The position numbers and the translations under genes were made by a program. From an uncultured Oscillospiraceae bacterium (GTDB lineage: Bacteria; Bacillota; Clostridia; Oscillospirales; Ruminococcaceae): a DNA stretch of 64,000 bases. The notes under the pieces were generated by a model. It worked only from the letters and a program-made list of their open reading frames with translations. It made no database searches and was not told the origin of the DNA. The stretch lies in contig CAJUAN010000010.1 in assembly GCA_910584715.1 (NCBI GenBank), forward strand, positions 13,496 to 77,495, written 5' to 3'. Shown here piece by piece: positions 1 to 8,923 of this stretch (position 1 is its first letter; each line of letters starts with the position of its first letter).

Positions 1-1
1 G

Positions 2-112
2 GGCAAGGGAAAGCCCACAAACTCGGAATTTATCGCCCTCATTACGGACAACCTCCGTCTGCGGTTCAGACTTACCGGAAAAAGAAAGGAAAAAGAAAAA
101 GCGGTCAAATAA
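2..112 (+). CDS. 3' end of a CDS that starts left of the window (..GKGKPTNSEFIALITDNLRLRFRLTGKRKEKEKAVK*); function unknown
   Basis: Frame 2 is open from the window edge to TAA at 110-112. A hairpin plus T-run terminator follows at 130-162. Too short to classify. Confidence 0.3.
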   Translation, partial: GKGKPTNSEFIALITDNLRLRFRLTGKRKEKEKAVK

Positions 113-129
113 AAAAATATAAATTTTTA

Positions 130-162
130 AGCCGAGGACAGTAAATTGTTCTCGGCTTTTGT
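130..162 (+). terminator. Rho-independent terminator
   Basis: GCCGAG(131-136) / CTCGGC(151-156) stem followed by TTTT(157-160). Confidence 0.6.
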
Positions 163-242
163 AAATTGTAAACAAAGCAGCACACAAGCATTTGTAAAAT
201 GTGACAAAATATTTAAATCCTACTAAATTTATATGAAATTGC

Positions 243-271
243 TTGACAAACAGGAAAACAGGCTGTATAAT
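243..271 (+). promoter_or_regulatory. Sigma-A type promoter for metY copy 1
   Basis: TTGACA(243-248), 17-nt spacer, TATAAT(266-271). Implies a leader of about 140 nt. Confidence 0.6.
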
Positions 272-421
272 AAATACCATACTAAACATATCGATTTGAT
301 ATGTAATGAAAGGACGGTCTGTGATGAGAACCGTGAATATCCTTTATGGGCGAATGTGACGCGCTGACCAAACCAACAGATTAAAAACTATAAATTATAT
401 ATAAGTAAGGAGTAATCAGCC

Positions 422-1720
422 ATGAGCGAACTTAACGAAAGAAAACTCAGATTTGAGACCAAACAGCTTCACATAGGCCAGGAGACCGCGGATCCCGTTA
501 CCGACGCAAGAGCGGTACCCATTTACGCCACATCGTCTTACGTTTTCCATAATTCGGAGCACGCTGCCGCAAGGTTCAACCTTACAGACGCGGGAAATAT
601 TTACGGCAGACTTACCAATCCCACCCAGGACGTTTTCGAGCGCAGGATAGCTTCTCTGGAGGGCGGAGCCGCGGCGCTTGCGGTCGCCTCGGGCGCGGCG
701 GCGATCGCCTACACCTTTCAGAATCTTGCAGCCGCGGGAGACCATATTGTCGCCGCAAAGACAATTTACGGCGGTACATATAATCTGCTTGCCCACACGC
801 TTCCCCAGTACGGCATTACGACCGCCTTTGTGGATCCGGAAGAGGAGGGCGCGTTTGACAGGGCTGTCCGGGACAATACCAAGGCTATCTTTATCGAGAC
901 ATTGGGCAACCCCAACTCCAACATAATCGACATTGAAGCGATTGCGGACGTTGCCCATAAGCACAGGATACCGCTTGTTATCGACAATACCTTTGCTACG
1001 CCGTATCTTGTCCGTCCCATTGAGTACGGCGCGGATATCGTCGTACATTCGGCTACCAAATTCATCGGCGGTCACGGCACGGCTATCGGCGGAGTTATCG
1101 TTGACAGCGGAAAATTCGATTGGGAAGCAAGCGGAAAGTTCCCTTCGCTTACGGAACCTAACCCAAGCTACCATGGGATAAGCTTTACTAAAGCTGTCGG
1201 AGCGGCGGCGTTCGTCACGAAAATACGCGCTATACTGTTGAGAGACACCGGAGCGACTCTGTCCCCATTTCACGCGTTTCTGTTTTTGCAGGGACTCGAG
1301 ACCCTCTCCCTGCGTGTTGAACGCCATGTTGAAAACGCTTTGAAGGTCGTGGAGTATCTTTCCGGGCACCCGCAGGTCGAGAACGTCAGCCACCCCTCCC
1401 TTGCCTCGGGAGAGCAGAAAAGACTTTACGACAAGTATTTTCCCAACGGCGGAGGCTCTATCTTCACCTTTGAGGTAAAGGGTACGGAAAACGACGCGAA
1501 AAAATTCATTGACAATCTCAAGGTATTCTCGCTTCTGGCAAACGTCGCCGACGTAAAGTCTCTTGCCATTCACCCTGCGTCCACGACGCATTCGCAGCTT
1601 AATGAAGCGGAGCTTGCGGAACAGGGCATCAAACCGAATACTGTCAGACTTTCAATCGGTACTGAGCATATTGACGATATAATATTTGACCTTGACGAAG
1701 CGTTTAAGGCTATCAAGTGA
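422..1720 (+). CDS. metY: O-acetylhomoserine (thiol)-lyase / sulfhydrylase, PLP-dependent (copy 1)
   Basis: 432-aa ORF with AAGGAG 8 nt upstream of the ATG. Cys/Met-metabolism PLP-enzyme pattern throughout: [25 protein letters not shown] with the PLP lysine, [10 protein letters not shown]. Confidence 0.85.
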   Translation: MSELNERKLRFETKQLHIGQETADPVTDARAVPIYATSSYVFHNSEHAAARFNLTDAGNIYGRLTNPTQDVFERRIASLEGGAAALAVASGAAAIAYTFQNLAAAGDHIVAAKTIYGGTYNLLAHTLPQYGITTAFVDPEEEGAFDRAVRDNTKAIFIETLGNPNSNIIDIEAIADVAHKHRIPLVIDNTFATPYLVRPIEYGADIVVHSATKFIGGHGTAIGGVIVDSGKFDWEASGKFPSLTEPNPSYHGISFTKAVGAAAFVTKIRAILLRDTGATLSPFHAFLFLQGLETLSLRVERHVENALKVVEYLSGHPQVENVSHPSLASGEQKRLYDKYFPNGGGSIFTFEVKGTENDAKKFIDNLKVFSLLANVADVKSLAIHPASTTHSQLNEAELAEQGIKPNTVRLSIGTEHIDDIIFDLDEAFKAIK

Positions 1721-1737
1721 AAACTCTAAGAACAAAA

Positions 1738-1776
1738 AACGGCGGAAGCGCGTATTGAGCGTTTCCGCCGTTTTTG
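1738..1776 (+). terminator. Rho-independent terminator after metY copy 1
   Basis: 12-bp stem (1740-1751 / 1759-1770), 7-nt loop, then TTTTT(1771-1775). Confidence 0.75.
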
Positions 1777-1826
1777 ACGGGAACGCTCAGTCAAAATTTA
1801 CCGCTTAAAACCGTTTGCCAGCACGC

Positions 1827-1855
1827 TTGCAAAAGAAAAATTTTCATGCTATACT
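1827..1855 (+). promoter_or_regulatory. Sigma-A type promoter for the LytTR regulator gene
   Basis: TTGCAA(1827-1832), 17-nt spacer, TATACT(1850-1855). Confidence 0.5.
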
Positions 1856-1879
1856 TAAAATAAAAAAGCAGGTGCTCCT

Positions 1880-2584
1880 ATGCCGCTTACAATTGCAATA
1901 TGCGACGACAACGAAGAGCAGACCGCCGAGCTGCGCAGGCTTCTCGGCGAATGGTCCGAGGATAAGCCTTTCGCTCTTATGATAGACGAATACATCAGCG
2001 CGGAAAGCTTTCTGTTTTCCTACCCCGACAAGCCGTGCAGCCTGCTCCTGCTGGATATAGAGATGTCCCGCATGAACGGTATGGAGCTTGCAAAAAAGCT
2101 TCGTGAAAGCGGAGATGTGCTTCCGATAGTTTTTATCACAGGATATTCGGAATATATGAACGACGGCTACGATGTGGAGGCTCTGCACTATTTACTGAAG
2201 CCGCCCCGCAGAGACAGGCTTTTTGCCGTTCTGGACAGGTATGTAAAACGGTACTCTCCCGAAAAGGAGATAATCCTTGATACCGGAGGTGCCCTGCGCC
2301 ATGCCGACCCGGACGCTATAGCGTACTGCGAGGCAATGGGCAAAAAGACGCAGGTATGCTTTTCCGACGGAAAGACCGCCTTGTGCGATACGGGTATAGG
2401 CGGAATGAAAAAGCTGCTCCCGGACGACTTTATTGTCTGTCACCGTTCTTATATCGTGAACCTGCGGTATGTGCGCAGTATAGGCAAAACGGATATCACC
2501 CTTGACGGCGGCGGGAAAATCCCGATATCAAGGCGGCTCTGCAAGGAAATAAACGATAAATTTATTGGGTTTTATACAAGGTAA
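1880..2584 (+). CDS. LytTR/AlgR-family response regulator (REC + LytTR DNA-binding domain)
   Basis: N-terminal receiver pattern (IAICDDN..LLLLDIEM..GMELAKKLR). C-terminal LytTR pattern (FIVCHRSYIVNLRYV...IPISRR). Confidence 0.88.
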   Translation: MPLTIAICDDNEEQTAELRRLLGEWSEDKPFALMIDEYISAESFLFSYPDKPCSLLLLDIEMSRMNGMELAKKLRESGDVLPIVFITGYSEYMNDGYDVEALHYLLKPPRRDRLFAVLDRYVKRYSPEKEIILDTGGALRHADPDAIAYCEAMGKKTQVCFSDGKTALCDTGIGGMKKLLPDDFIVCHRSYIVNLRYVRSIGKTDITLDGGGKIPISRRLCKEINDKFIGFYTR

Positions 2585-2602
2585 TTTTGTGAAGAATTAC
2601 TG

Positions 2603-2633
2603 TTGACCGCAACGTTACGTAATAGTATATACT
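2603..2633 (+). promoter_or_regulatory. Candidate promoter with a palindrome-containing spacer upstream of the MerR-like gene
   Basis: TTGACC(2603-2608) with TATATA at 17 nt or TATACT(2628-2633) at 19 nt. The spacer holds the palindromes AACGTT(2611-2616) and TTACGTAA(2615-2622). Long palindromic spacers are typical of MerR-controlled promoters. Confidence 0.4.
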
Positions 2634-2660
2634 GAGAAAAAACTGAGAGGGCTGGTATAT

Positions 2661-4037
2661 ATGAAAATGCAGATAAGCGAGATCGCGGGTATTGCGGGGG
2701 TAAGCGTGCGGACGCTTCAGTATTACGACAGTATAGACCTGCTGAAGCCCGCCGAGACTGACTCAAACGGATACAGACTGTACGACGAGGGTTCTCTTGA
2801 ACGGCTTAAAATTATACTTTATTACCGCAGTCTGGATTTTTCCCTAAAAGATATTTCACAGCTCCTTGAGCAAAAGGGACAGTTTCTAACATATAAAATG
2901 CTTGCGGAACGGCGTTTGGCTCTTGCCTTTATGAAAAAACACACGGAAAAGCTGATGGACGAAATAGACGGCAGGCTTTCCGAACCGGTGAAGATCGCGC
3001 CGTGGTTCGATAAGGTTCAGGCGGATTACAATTACAACGGCTTTTCCTATTCAAACGATTATTTTATCGCGTGGGGAAAAGCCGACTCTGAAAACAACGT
3101 TCCGTTTACTCTCGACAGCAGATTTGCGTTCGGTTGGCTAAGGGAACTGTTTTCGGTTTTCTGCGGTATTGTCTTTGAACGGCAGGGACTTTCCGATCCC
3201 AATACCCCTGCCGAAAAATACTTCGGCGGGACTCTCCTTGAAAAAATAAGCGGCAGACCGCTCGAAGAAATCTTTAAGGAATATATTTTCACTCCCTTTG
3301 AAATGGATAATACTTCCATAGGCGGCAGCATTGACATTATCGGTTCGCCGGGAAACAATATTTGTGAAGATCCGCGTGAGATCGTCACAACAGCGGCTGA
3401 TCTGAAAAAGTTCACAGACGTTATTCTTGACAAAAAAGAGGAGCTTAAAAAGATGATATGCTACTGTCTCTGCGACGACGGGGAATTTAAAGTATACAGC
3501 GAATTAGGCGGCGTTCACGCGGAAATATCCATTGAACCTGATAAAAATAAATATTTTATTACAGTGTGTCAAAGCGATGCCGTTCCCGACAATAATGAAA
3601 GAGTCATGTATTATCCCATAGCGGAAAGCGACGACGGATACCTTAAATTCGAGGTCTGGACTGTGCAAAGCGGCGCGGAGTTTGAAATCAGATCCATTAA
3701 GCTGTTCGATAAAAACGCAGAGGAGCTTTTTTCGGAGGAGAACATTGGGATACACGTCCTGAACAACGGCGAGGAGCGTCAAGCAAAAACATTCATGTGC
3801 CGCGGGGAATATTACCGGGAATTTGATCTGCGCGACATTCTCGGTGAAAAATTCGATCCGAAAGGGACATACATTGCCGAAGTACGCGCAAAAAGCGAAA
3901 CATCAAGAAGCGGTCAGATGGGCATGATATATCTGCGCGGCGGCGAATGGCAAAGCCGGTATTTCAATGTTTTTTATCCGACCGCAGCATATGATAAATA
4001 CAATCTGTTCCTTGAAGCCCACGGCTGCGTTACATGA
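2661..4037 (+). CDS. MerR-family transcriptional regulator fused to a partial serine-hydrolase/beta-lactamase-like region and an unknown C-terminal domain
   Basis: N-terminus MQISEIAGIAGVSVRTLQYYDSIDLLKP is a MerR HTH followed by a coiled-coil. The segment GGTLLEKISGRPLEEIFKEYIFTPFEMDNTSIG...TTAADLKKF resembles the middle of PF00144-type beta-lactamase/PBP-like proteins, but there is no SxxK N-terminal part. About 180 aa at the C-terminus are unassigned. Confidence 0.75.
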   Translation: MKMQISEIAGIAGVSVRTLQYYDSIDLLKPAETDSNGYRLYDEGSLERLKIILYYRSLDFSLKDISQLLEQKGQFLTYKMLAERRLALAFMKKHTEKLMDEIDGRLSEPVKIAPWFDKVQADYNYNGFSYSNDYFIAWGKADSENNVPFTLDSRFAFGWLRELFSVFCGIVFERQGLSDPNTPAEKYFGGTLLEKISGRPLEEIFKEYIFTPFEMDNTSIGGSIDIIGSPGNNICEDPREIVTTAADLKKFTDVILDKKEELKKMICYCLCDDGEFKVYSELGGVHAEISIEPDKNKYFITVCQSDAVPDNNERVMYYPIAESDDGYLKFEVWTVQSGAEFEIRSIKLFDKNAEELFSEENIGIHVLNNGEERQAKTFMCRGEYYREFDLRDILGEKFDPKGTYIAEVRAKSETSRSGQMGMIYLRGGEWQSRYFNVFYPTAAYDKYNLFLEAHGCVT

Positions 4038-4055
4038 AGGAGGGAGCGTGACGAT

Positions 4056-4805
4056 ATGAAAGCTTTAATTATAGCGGCGGCGGTAATTTCAGCCCTGTTC
4101 GTTTTGGGTCGGATCGTGTTTGTACTTATCCGCCGCTCACTGTACAACATGATAGACCGCAGGATAGAGCGTTTCCAGAGCGAACTTATCGAAAAGCAGG
4201 TGCGGGAGATACAGAATATGTACCGTCAGGTGCGGGGCTGGAGGCACGATTACCGCAACCATATTTCCAATATGAAAATATGGCTCTCAAACGGGAATTA
4301 CCAAAAGCTTGCTTCCTATCTGGACGAGCTTGCCGACGACCTTGATACTGTGGATACGGTAATAAAAACCGGCAGCGTCATGGCGGACGCTATACTTAAC
4401 AGCAAGCTCAATACCGCGGAAAAGCTGGGGATAAAGCTGAACGTCAAGGCAAGTATCCCGGAGGGGCTTGCCATGAGCGACGTGGAGCTTTGCTCCGTGC
4501 TGGGGAATATGCTCGACAATGCCGTGGAAGCCTGCGCTTCCCTGCCGGAGGAGGAGCGCTTTATCCGCGTCTATATAGGCAGGCTTAAAGGAAACCTTTA
4601 TCTTTCGGTCCAGAACTCCGCGGGAAGGGTTCGCAAGGAAAAGGGAACGTACCTGACGACAAAGGAGGAACCCTCCGAAAATATGCACGGGTACGGACTT
4701 TTCCGTATCGACCGCGTGGTGAAAAAATACGGCGGCTATATCAACCGCCAGAATGAGGAGGGCATATTTGCCACGGAACTGATGATACCGCTTAAAACCG
4801 CATGA
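4056..4805 (+). CDS. Short membrane-anchored histidine kinase, HPK10 (AgrC/ComD-like) class, GHKL ATPase domain
   Basis: AGGAGGGAG RBS, 18 nt after the MerR-like stop. One N-terminal TM helix (ALIIAAAVISALFVLGRIVFVLI). H-box GWRHDYRNHI, N-box GNMLDNAVEA, G-box HGYGLFRI. Only 249 aa. Confidence 0.85.
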   Translation: MKALIIAAAVISALFVLGRIVFVLIRRSLYNMIDRRIERFQSELIEKQVREIQNMYRQVRGWRHDYRNHISNMKIWLSNGNYQKLASYLDELADDLDTVDTVIKTGSVMADAILNSKLNTAEKLGIKLNVKASIPEGLAMSDVELCSVLGNMLDNAVEACASLPEEERFIRVYIGRLKGNLYLSVQNSAGRVRKEKGTYLTTKEEPSENMHGYGLFRIDRVVKKYGGYINRQNEEGIFATELMIPLKTA

Positions 4806-4916
4806 CCTAATAACCGTATACATCTATGGACGCCGTTCGTTCCGTATTCCGTCCTTTCATTCCGGAATCGGCACAGACGGCTCCCTTTGTGATATTATCT
4901 GTTCAGAGGTGGTTTT

Positions 4917-6824
4917 ATGGCTGAAAAGCGTGCAAAAAAAGTAAAGATCGCAAAGTACACAAAGGAGAAAAACGCCGAGGCATGGGCAAAATACCGCGAG
5001 GAGCAGTCCAAAATAAAGTACAGTATGTTCAATAATATGCTGTACATCATAAAGGAAGCGTGGCGCGGCGCGCGGGGACTTTTCCTGGTAATGCTGATAC
5101 AGCTTGTTATGGAACTGGCGTACGATCTGGCAGGTACCTATACGGACAAGTATATTATTGAGTTTGCGCTGGGCACGTCGCCGCGCGTAAAGCTTGGCAT
5201 TATCTGCGCCGTACTGATAGCAGCCCAGTCGGTCGCCACGTTTTTTAACAGCTCGGGGCGTATGTATACTTCTTATGTGGGAAATTTCAGCTTCGGCAGT
5301 CATCTTTACGGCAAGCTGCTGAAAAAGAAAATGGATACCGATTATGAAAATACCGAAAAAACAAAGCTGAACGATATGTTCCACAAGGCGGTGCAGGGGG
5401 CGGAAAACATTGCGACAGCGGCGCTGAGCACCATGTGCGCGACAATTCTGGCTGCTGCCGAGGTGCTTGCATACGGAGGAATACTTTCAATGCTTGACCC
5501 CGCGCTGATAGTGATAATAGGCGTTCCCGCGGTGGCGGCGTACTATATCAACCGCCACAAAATGATGTGGATATGGAACATGGCTGACAACTGGCAGAAG
5601 TACGACCGACAGCTTGAATACATCACCTATATCGGCACGGACTCCAATTTCAGTGCGGCTAAGGACGTGCGCATATTCGGTATGCAGCGCTGGCTGGAAA
5701 GCGTTTTCAAGCGCGTATTCGATCTGCGCCTGAACTGGTACGAGCAGCAGGACAAGTGGGAATTTTACCACAGGCTTGCGGAAATATCCGTAGGAGCAAT
5801 AGGAAACGTTGCCGCACAAATCTATATAGTTTACCTTGTCATGAAAGGAAGCATAGGCGCGGGTGATTTTGTACTGTACTTCAATTCCATATTTATGCTG
5901 TCCCAGGCGGTAAGATCCTGGTGCGACAAGTTCAGCGCCTATAACTGGCTGTCACAGAATATTTTCTACGCCCGTGACTACCTTGACATAAAGGATAATA
6001 CCAACAGGGGCGAGGGCGCGCCCGTACCCGAGGATTGCAGCAATATGCAGTGCGAAATAGAGTTCCGCAATGTGAGCTATACTTATTTCGGCGCGGAAAC
6101 CCCTACTGTTAAAAATATTTCCTTTAAGCTGCACAAGGGCGAAAAGCTTGCTATGGTGGGACTTAACGGCGCGGGCAAGACGACGCTTATAAAGCTTATG
6201 TGCGGTCTGTACCGTCCCACGGAGGGGGAAGTCCTGCTGAACGGAGTGCCCCTCAATGATTACAACAGGGACGAATACTTCAGACTTTTCAGCACGGTCT
6301 TTCAGGACATAGACGTGCTGCCCGTTACCATAGCCGAAAATATTTCTGGAAAAACCGCGGAGGAAACGGATTTCCCCAGGCTGTACGACTGTATGAAAAA
6401 GTCGGGAATTTACGGCAAGGTAATGTCGCTGCCCCAAAAGGAAAACACGCATCTGGTAAAGACCGTCTACGACGACGCCACGGACTTTTCGGGGGGACAA
6501 ATGCAGAAGCTTGCTCTTGCAAAGGCGCTCTACAAGAACGCTCCCGTGCTTTTGCTGGACGAGCCCACAGCCGCTCTCGACCCTATAGCGGAGCAGGAGA
6601 TGTACCTGAACTACGCTGATTTTTCCAAAGGGAAGTCAAGCGTGTTCATTTCCCACAGGCTTGCTTCCACGCGGTTCTGCGACAGGATAATCCTTATCGC
6701 GGACGGCGCGATAGCCGAGGAGGGTACGCACTCAGAGCTTATGAAAGCGGGAGGCACATACGCCGAGCTTTTCAATATGCAGAGCAGCTACTACAACGAA
6801 ACGGAGGCTGATAAAAATGCGTGA
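4917..6824 (+). CDS. ABC transporter, fused permease/ATP-binding protein (type I exporter half-transporter)
   Basis: GAGGTGG RBS. N-terminal multi-TM region, then Walker A GLNGAGKTT, signature FSGGQMQKLALAKAL and Walker B LLLDEPTAALD. Confidence 0.9.
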   Translation: MAEKRAKKVKIAKYTKEKNAEAWAKYREEQSKIKYSMFNNMLYIIKEAWRGARGLFLVMLIQLVMELAYDLAGTYTDKYIIEFALGTSPRVKLGIICAVLIAAQSVATFFNSSGRMYTSYVGNFSFGSHLYGKLLKKKMDTDYENTEKTKLNDMFHKAVQGAENIATAALSTMCATILAAAEVLAYGGILSMLDPALIVIIGVPAVAAYYINRHKMMWIWNMADNWQKYDRQLEYITYIGTDSNFSAAKDVRIFGMQRWLESVFKRVFDLRLNWYEQQDKWEFYHRLAEISVGAIGNVAAQIYIVYLVMKGSIGAGDFVLYFNSIFMLSQAVRSWCDKFSAYNWLSQNIFYARDYLDIKDNTNRGEGAPVPEDCSNMQCEIEFRNVSYTYFGAETPTVKNISFKLHKGEKLAMVGLNGAGKTTLIKLMCGLYRPTEGEVLLNGVPLNDYNRDEYFRLFSTVFQDIDVLPVTIAENISGKTAEETDFPRLYDCMKKSGIYGKVMSLPQKENTHLVKTVYDDATDFSGGQMQKLALAKALYKNAPVLLLDEPTAALDPIAEQEMYLNYADFSKGKSSVFISHRLASTRFCDRIILIADGAIAEEGTHSELMKAGGTYAELFNMQSSYYNETEADKNA

Positions 6825-8691
6825 GAAAAACAAGCTTTGCGAAAGTCTGAGCACAATAAAACGCTGTTTCAGTGTAATGGAAAAGGCGGACAAGGGCTTT
6901 ATGACAGTACGGTTTGCCGTGCAGATACCCTCGCTTATCCGGGAATATCTCAATGTTTTCCGTATGGCGAAGCTCATAGATATGGTGATCTCCGCAATGC
7001 CGTGGCAGAACATTATCATATTTTCCGTGGTCACGGGCGTCATAGACCTTGCTCTTTCCGCTGCGGAATGCATTATTAAAAAGCACGATAACCGTCATGA
7101 TTTTTCTTATCACATGAACCAGCGCAGAATGATATGGGAAAAAATAATCAATATGGATTATGTCCATATTGAAAAGCCCGACACTTACGTTATGGAGCAG
7201 CGCGCAATTCAGGGTATGGGAAGAATGGGGCGTGTCCTTTTAAATCTTCTGGAGGTTTTCAGCGGTTCGTTAAGCGCTGTTTTCGGGCTTGTTATGATAG
7301 CTCCCCTTGCGTTCGGGTCCGCGCCGAAGCTTGCGGGGATCGCCGGCTTTATTAACTCAAACCTCGGACTTTTTTCCGCCGTAGGTATTGCCGCGCTGCT
7401 TGAAATAACGAGGACGCTTCTGCCGACCAAAAAATCATACAAGGTTATGGCGGAACTCCAGAACGACAAGGAGCTGATACAACATTCAAGAACGGCAAGC
7501 TATTATGTGGACGAGGTCGAAGGCAACTACCACAACGGCAAGGACATACGCATTTACGGCGAACAGGAGCTGATTTTAAACGAGTACCGGAAAAGCTCCG
7601 GAAGCTTGATAAACGGCTGGCAGCGCGGCGTTAAAAAGGTTTCGGCAATAAGCTTCGGAACGAACGCGATAACCGTTCTTTCAAATATCATTATATACGG
7701 CTTTGCGGCATTGAGGGCGATAAACGGCGCGCTCACGGCAGGGGACATAATAGCCTTTGTAATGTATTTTTCAAGAATGCGGAGCGGCATATCAAGAGTC
7801 GCGGGCGGTATAGGCGGAATGTCCGTCGATCTTGAATTTATGAAGACCGCCTTTGATTTCCTTGACATTCCCGACGAGAAGTACAAGGGGACTATCCCGA
7901 CGGAAAAGCGGGAGGACAACGAGTATGAGTTTGAGTTCAGGCACGTATGGTTCAAGTACCCTAATTCCGAGCAGTACGCTCTGCGGGACGTTAACCTGAA
8001 ATGGCGCATAGGCGAGAAAATGGCTCTCGTGGGTAAAAACGGCTGCGGCAAATCCACGCTGGTAAAGCTTCTGTGCAGGCTGTACGATCCTACAGAGGGA
8101 GAGATAACCCTTAACGGGATAGACATAAGGAAGTACAAATACGAGGACTATATGGCGCTGTTTTCGGTGGTGTTTCAGGATTCGGAGCTGTTCTCGTTCA
8201 GTATCGCGGAGAACGTGGCAGCGTCCTCAGAATACGACCCCGCGGAGGTGGAGGACTGCGTAAGGAGAGCCGGTCTGGGAGAGCGCCTCAACAGCATGGA
8301 AAACGGCATAGAGACCTGTCTCTATAAGCATTTCGACGAACGCGGCGTGGAGATTTCCGGAGGCGAAGCTCAGAAGCTTTGCCTTGCAAGAGCCATATGC
8401 AAGGGCGCGCCTTTTATCGTTCTTGACGAGCCTACCGCCGCTCTCGACCCTATTTCCGAGCACGATATCTATACCAAATTCAACGGCATAGTCGGCACGC
8501 GGACGGCTGTCTATATTTCTCACAGGCTGTCGTCCTGCCGCTTCTGCGACGAGATAACGGTTATGGAGGACGGCTCCGTTGCCGAGCGGGGCTCTCACGA
8601 GTCGCTTATCGAAGCGGGCGGAGTCTATAAGGCTCTGTGGGAGGCTCAGGCGGAATACTACAAGGATACTGCGGGAGACCTGTATGCCTGA
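6817..8691 (+). CDS. ABC transporter, fused permease/ATP-binding protein (partner half-transporter)
   Basis: Start overlaps the upstream stop by 8 nt, with GGAGG upstream. Walker A GKNGCGKST, signature ISGGEAQKLCLARAI, Walker B VLDEPTAALD. Confidence 0.9.
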   Translation: MREKNKLCESLSTIKRCFSVMEKADKGFMTVRFAVQIPSLIREYLNVFRMAKLIDMVISAMPWQNIIIFSVVTGVIDLALSAAECIIKKHDNRHDFSYHMNQRRMIWEKIINMDYVHIEKPDTYVMEQRAIQGMGRMGRVLLNLLEVFSGSLSAVFGLVMIAPLAFGSAPKLAGIAGFINSNLGLFSAVGIAALLEITRTLLPTKKSYKVMAELQNDKELIQHSRTASYYVDEVEGNYHNGKDIRIYGEQELILNEYRKSSGSLINGWQRGVKKVSAISFGTNAITVLSNIIIYGFAALRAINGALTAGDIIAFVMYFSRMRSGISRVAGGIGGMSVDLEFMKTAFDFLDIPDEKYKGTIPTEKREDNEYEFEFRHVWFKYPNSEQYALRDVNLKWRIGEKMALVGKNGCGKSTLVKLLCRLYDPTEGEITLNGIDIRKYKYEDYMALFSVVFQDSELFSFSIAENVAASSEYDPAEVEDCVRRAGLGERLNSMENGIETCLYKHFDERGVEISGGEAQKLCLARAICKGAPFIVLDEPTAALDPISEHDIYTKFNGIVGTRTAVYISHRLSSCRFCDEITVMEDGSVAERGSHESLIEAGGVYKALWEAQAEYYKDTAGDLYA

Positions 8692-8870
8692 ACCGGAATG
8701 CAGTCTTGCGGCTCCGCAACAACGGCGGCGCGCATATAAGCCTAAGAGCCGCGCTGCCAATGAAATGCATATTTGTCTTTTATTCCTTTTTTAACGCTGT
8801 TTGTCCGTTATATATTGAATTATGCGCTGTCCGGCACAATAATAAGAAGAATAGGATCTGTCGGCTTGGG

Positions 8871-8899
8871 TTGTCCGAAGATCCGTTCTGAAGTATAAT
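8871..8899 (+). promoter_or_regulatory. Candidate promoter for the TIR-like gene
   Basis: TTGTCC(8871-8876), 17-nt spacer, TATAAT(8894-8899). Confidence 0.45.
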
Positions 8900-8923
8900 A
8901 ATGTTGAAAGCCGGGTAGATGCT

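Noticed and set aside
272-421. Possible S-box (SAM-I) or Met T-box riboswitch in the metY copy 1 leader. The same idea was considered for the GC-rich element upstream of metY copy 2 at 35270-35312.
   Set aside because: I could not find the S-box core or the T-box 14-mer (GGTGGTACCGCG-like) and terminator/antiterminator pair. The 35270-35312 element lies upstream of the predicted copy 2 promoter, not in its transcript. This stays open pending a covariance-model search.
416-1591. 391-aa ORF on the minus strand, antisense to metY copy 1.
   Set aside because: It lies entirely within a CDS that has a clear family pattern and RBS. The translation is Arg/Gly/Val-rich with no motifs. It is a typical shadow ORF of a GC-rich coding region.
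4832-4930. 32-codon ORF (MDAVRSVFRPFIPESAQTAPFVILSVQRWFYG) between the kinase and the ABC exporter, considered as a possible AgrD-like or bacteriocin-like peptide.
   Set aside because: It has no Shine-Dalgarno sequence and no leader or double-glycine or AgrD-like features. It overlaps the exporter's RBS and start. Most likely non-coding promoter or operator DNA.
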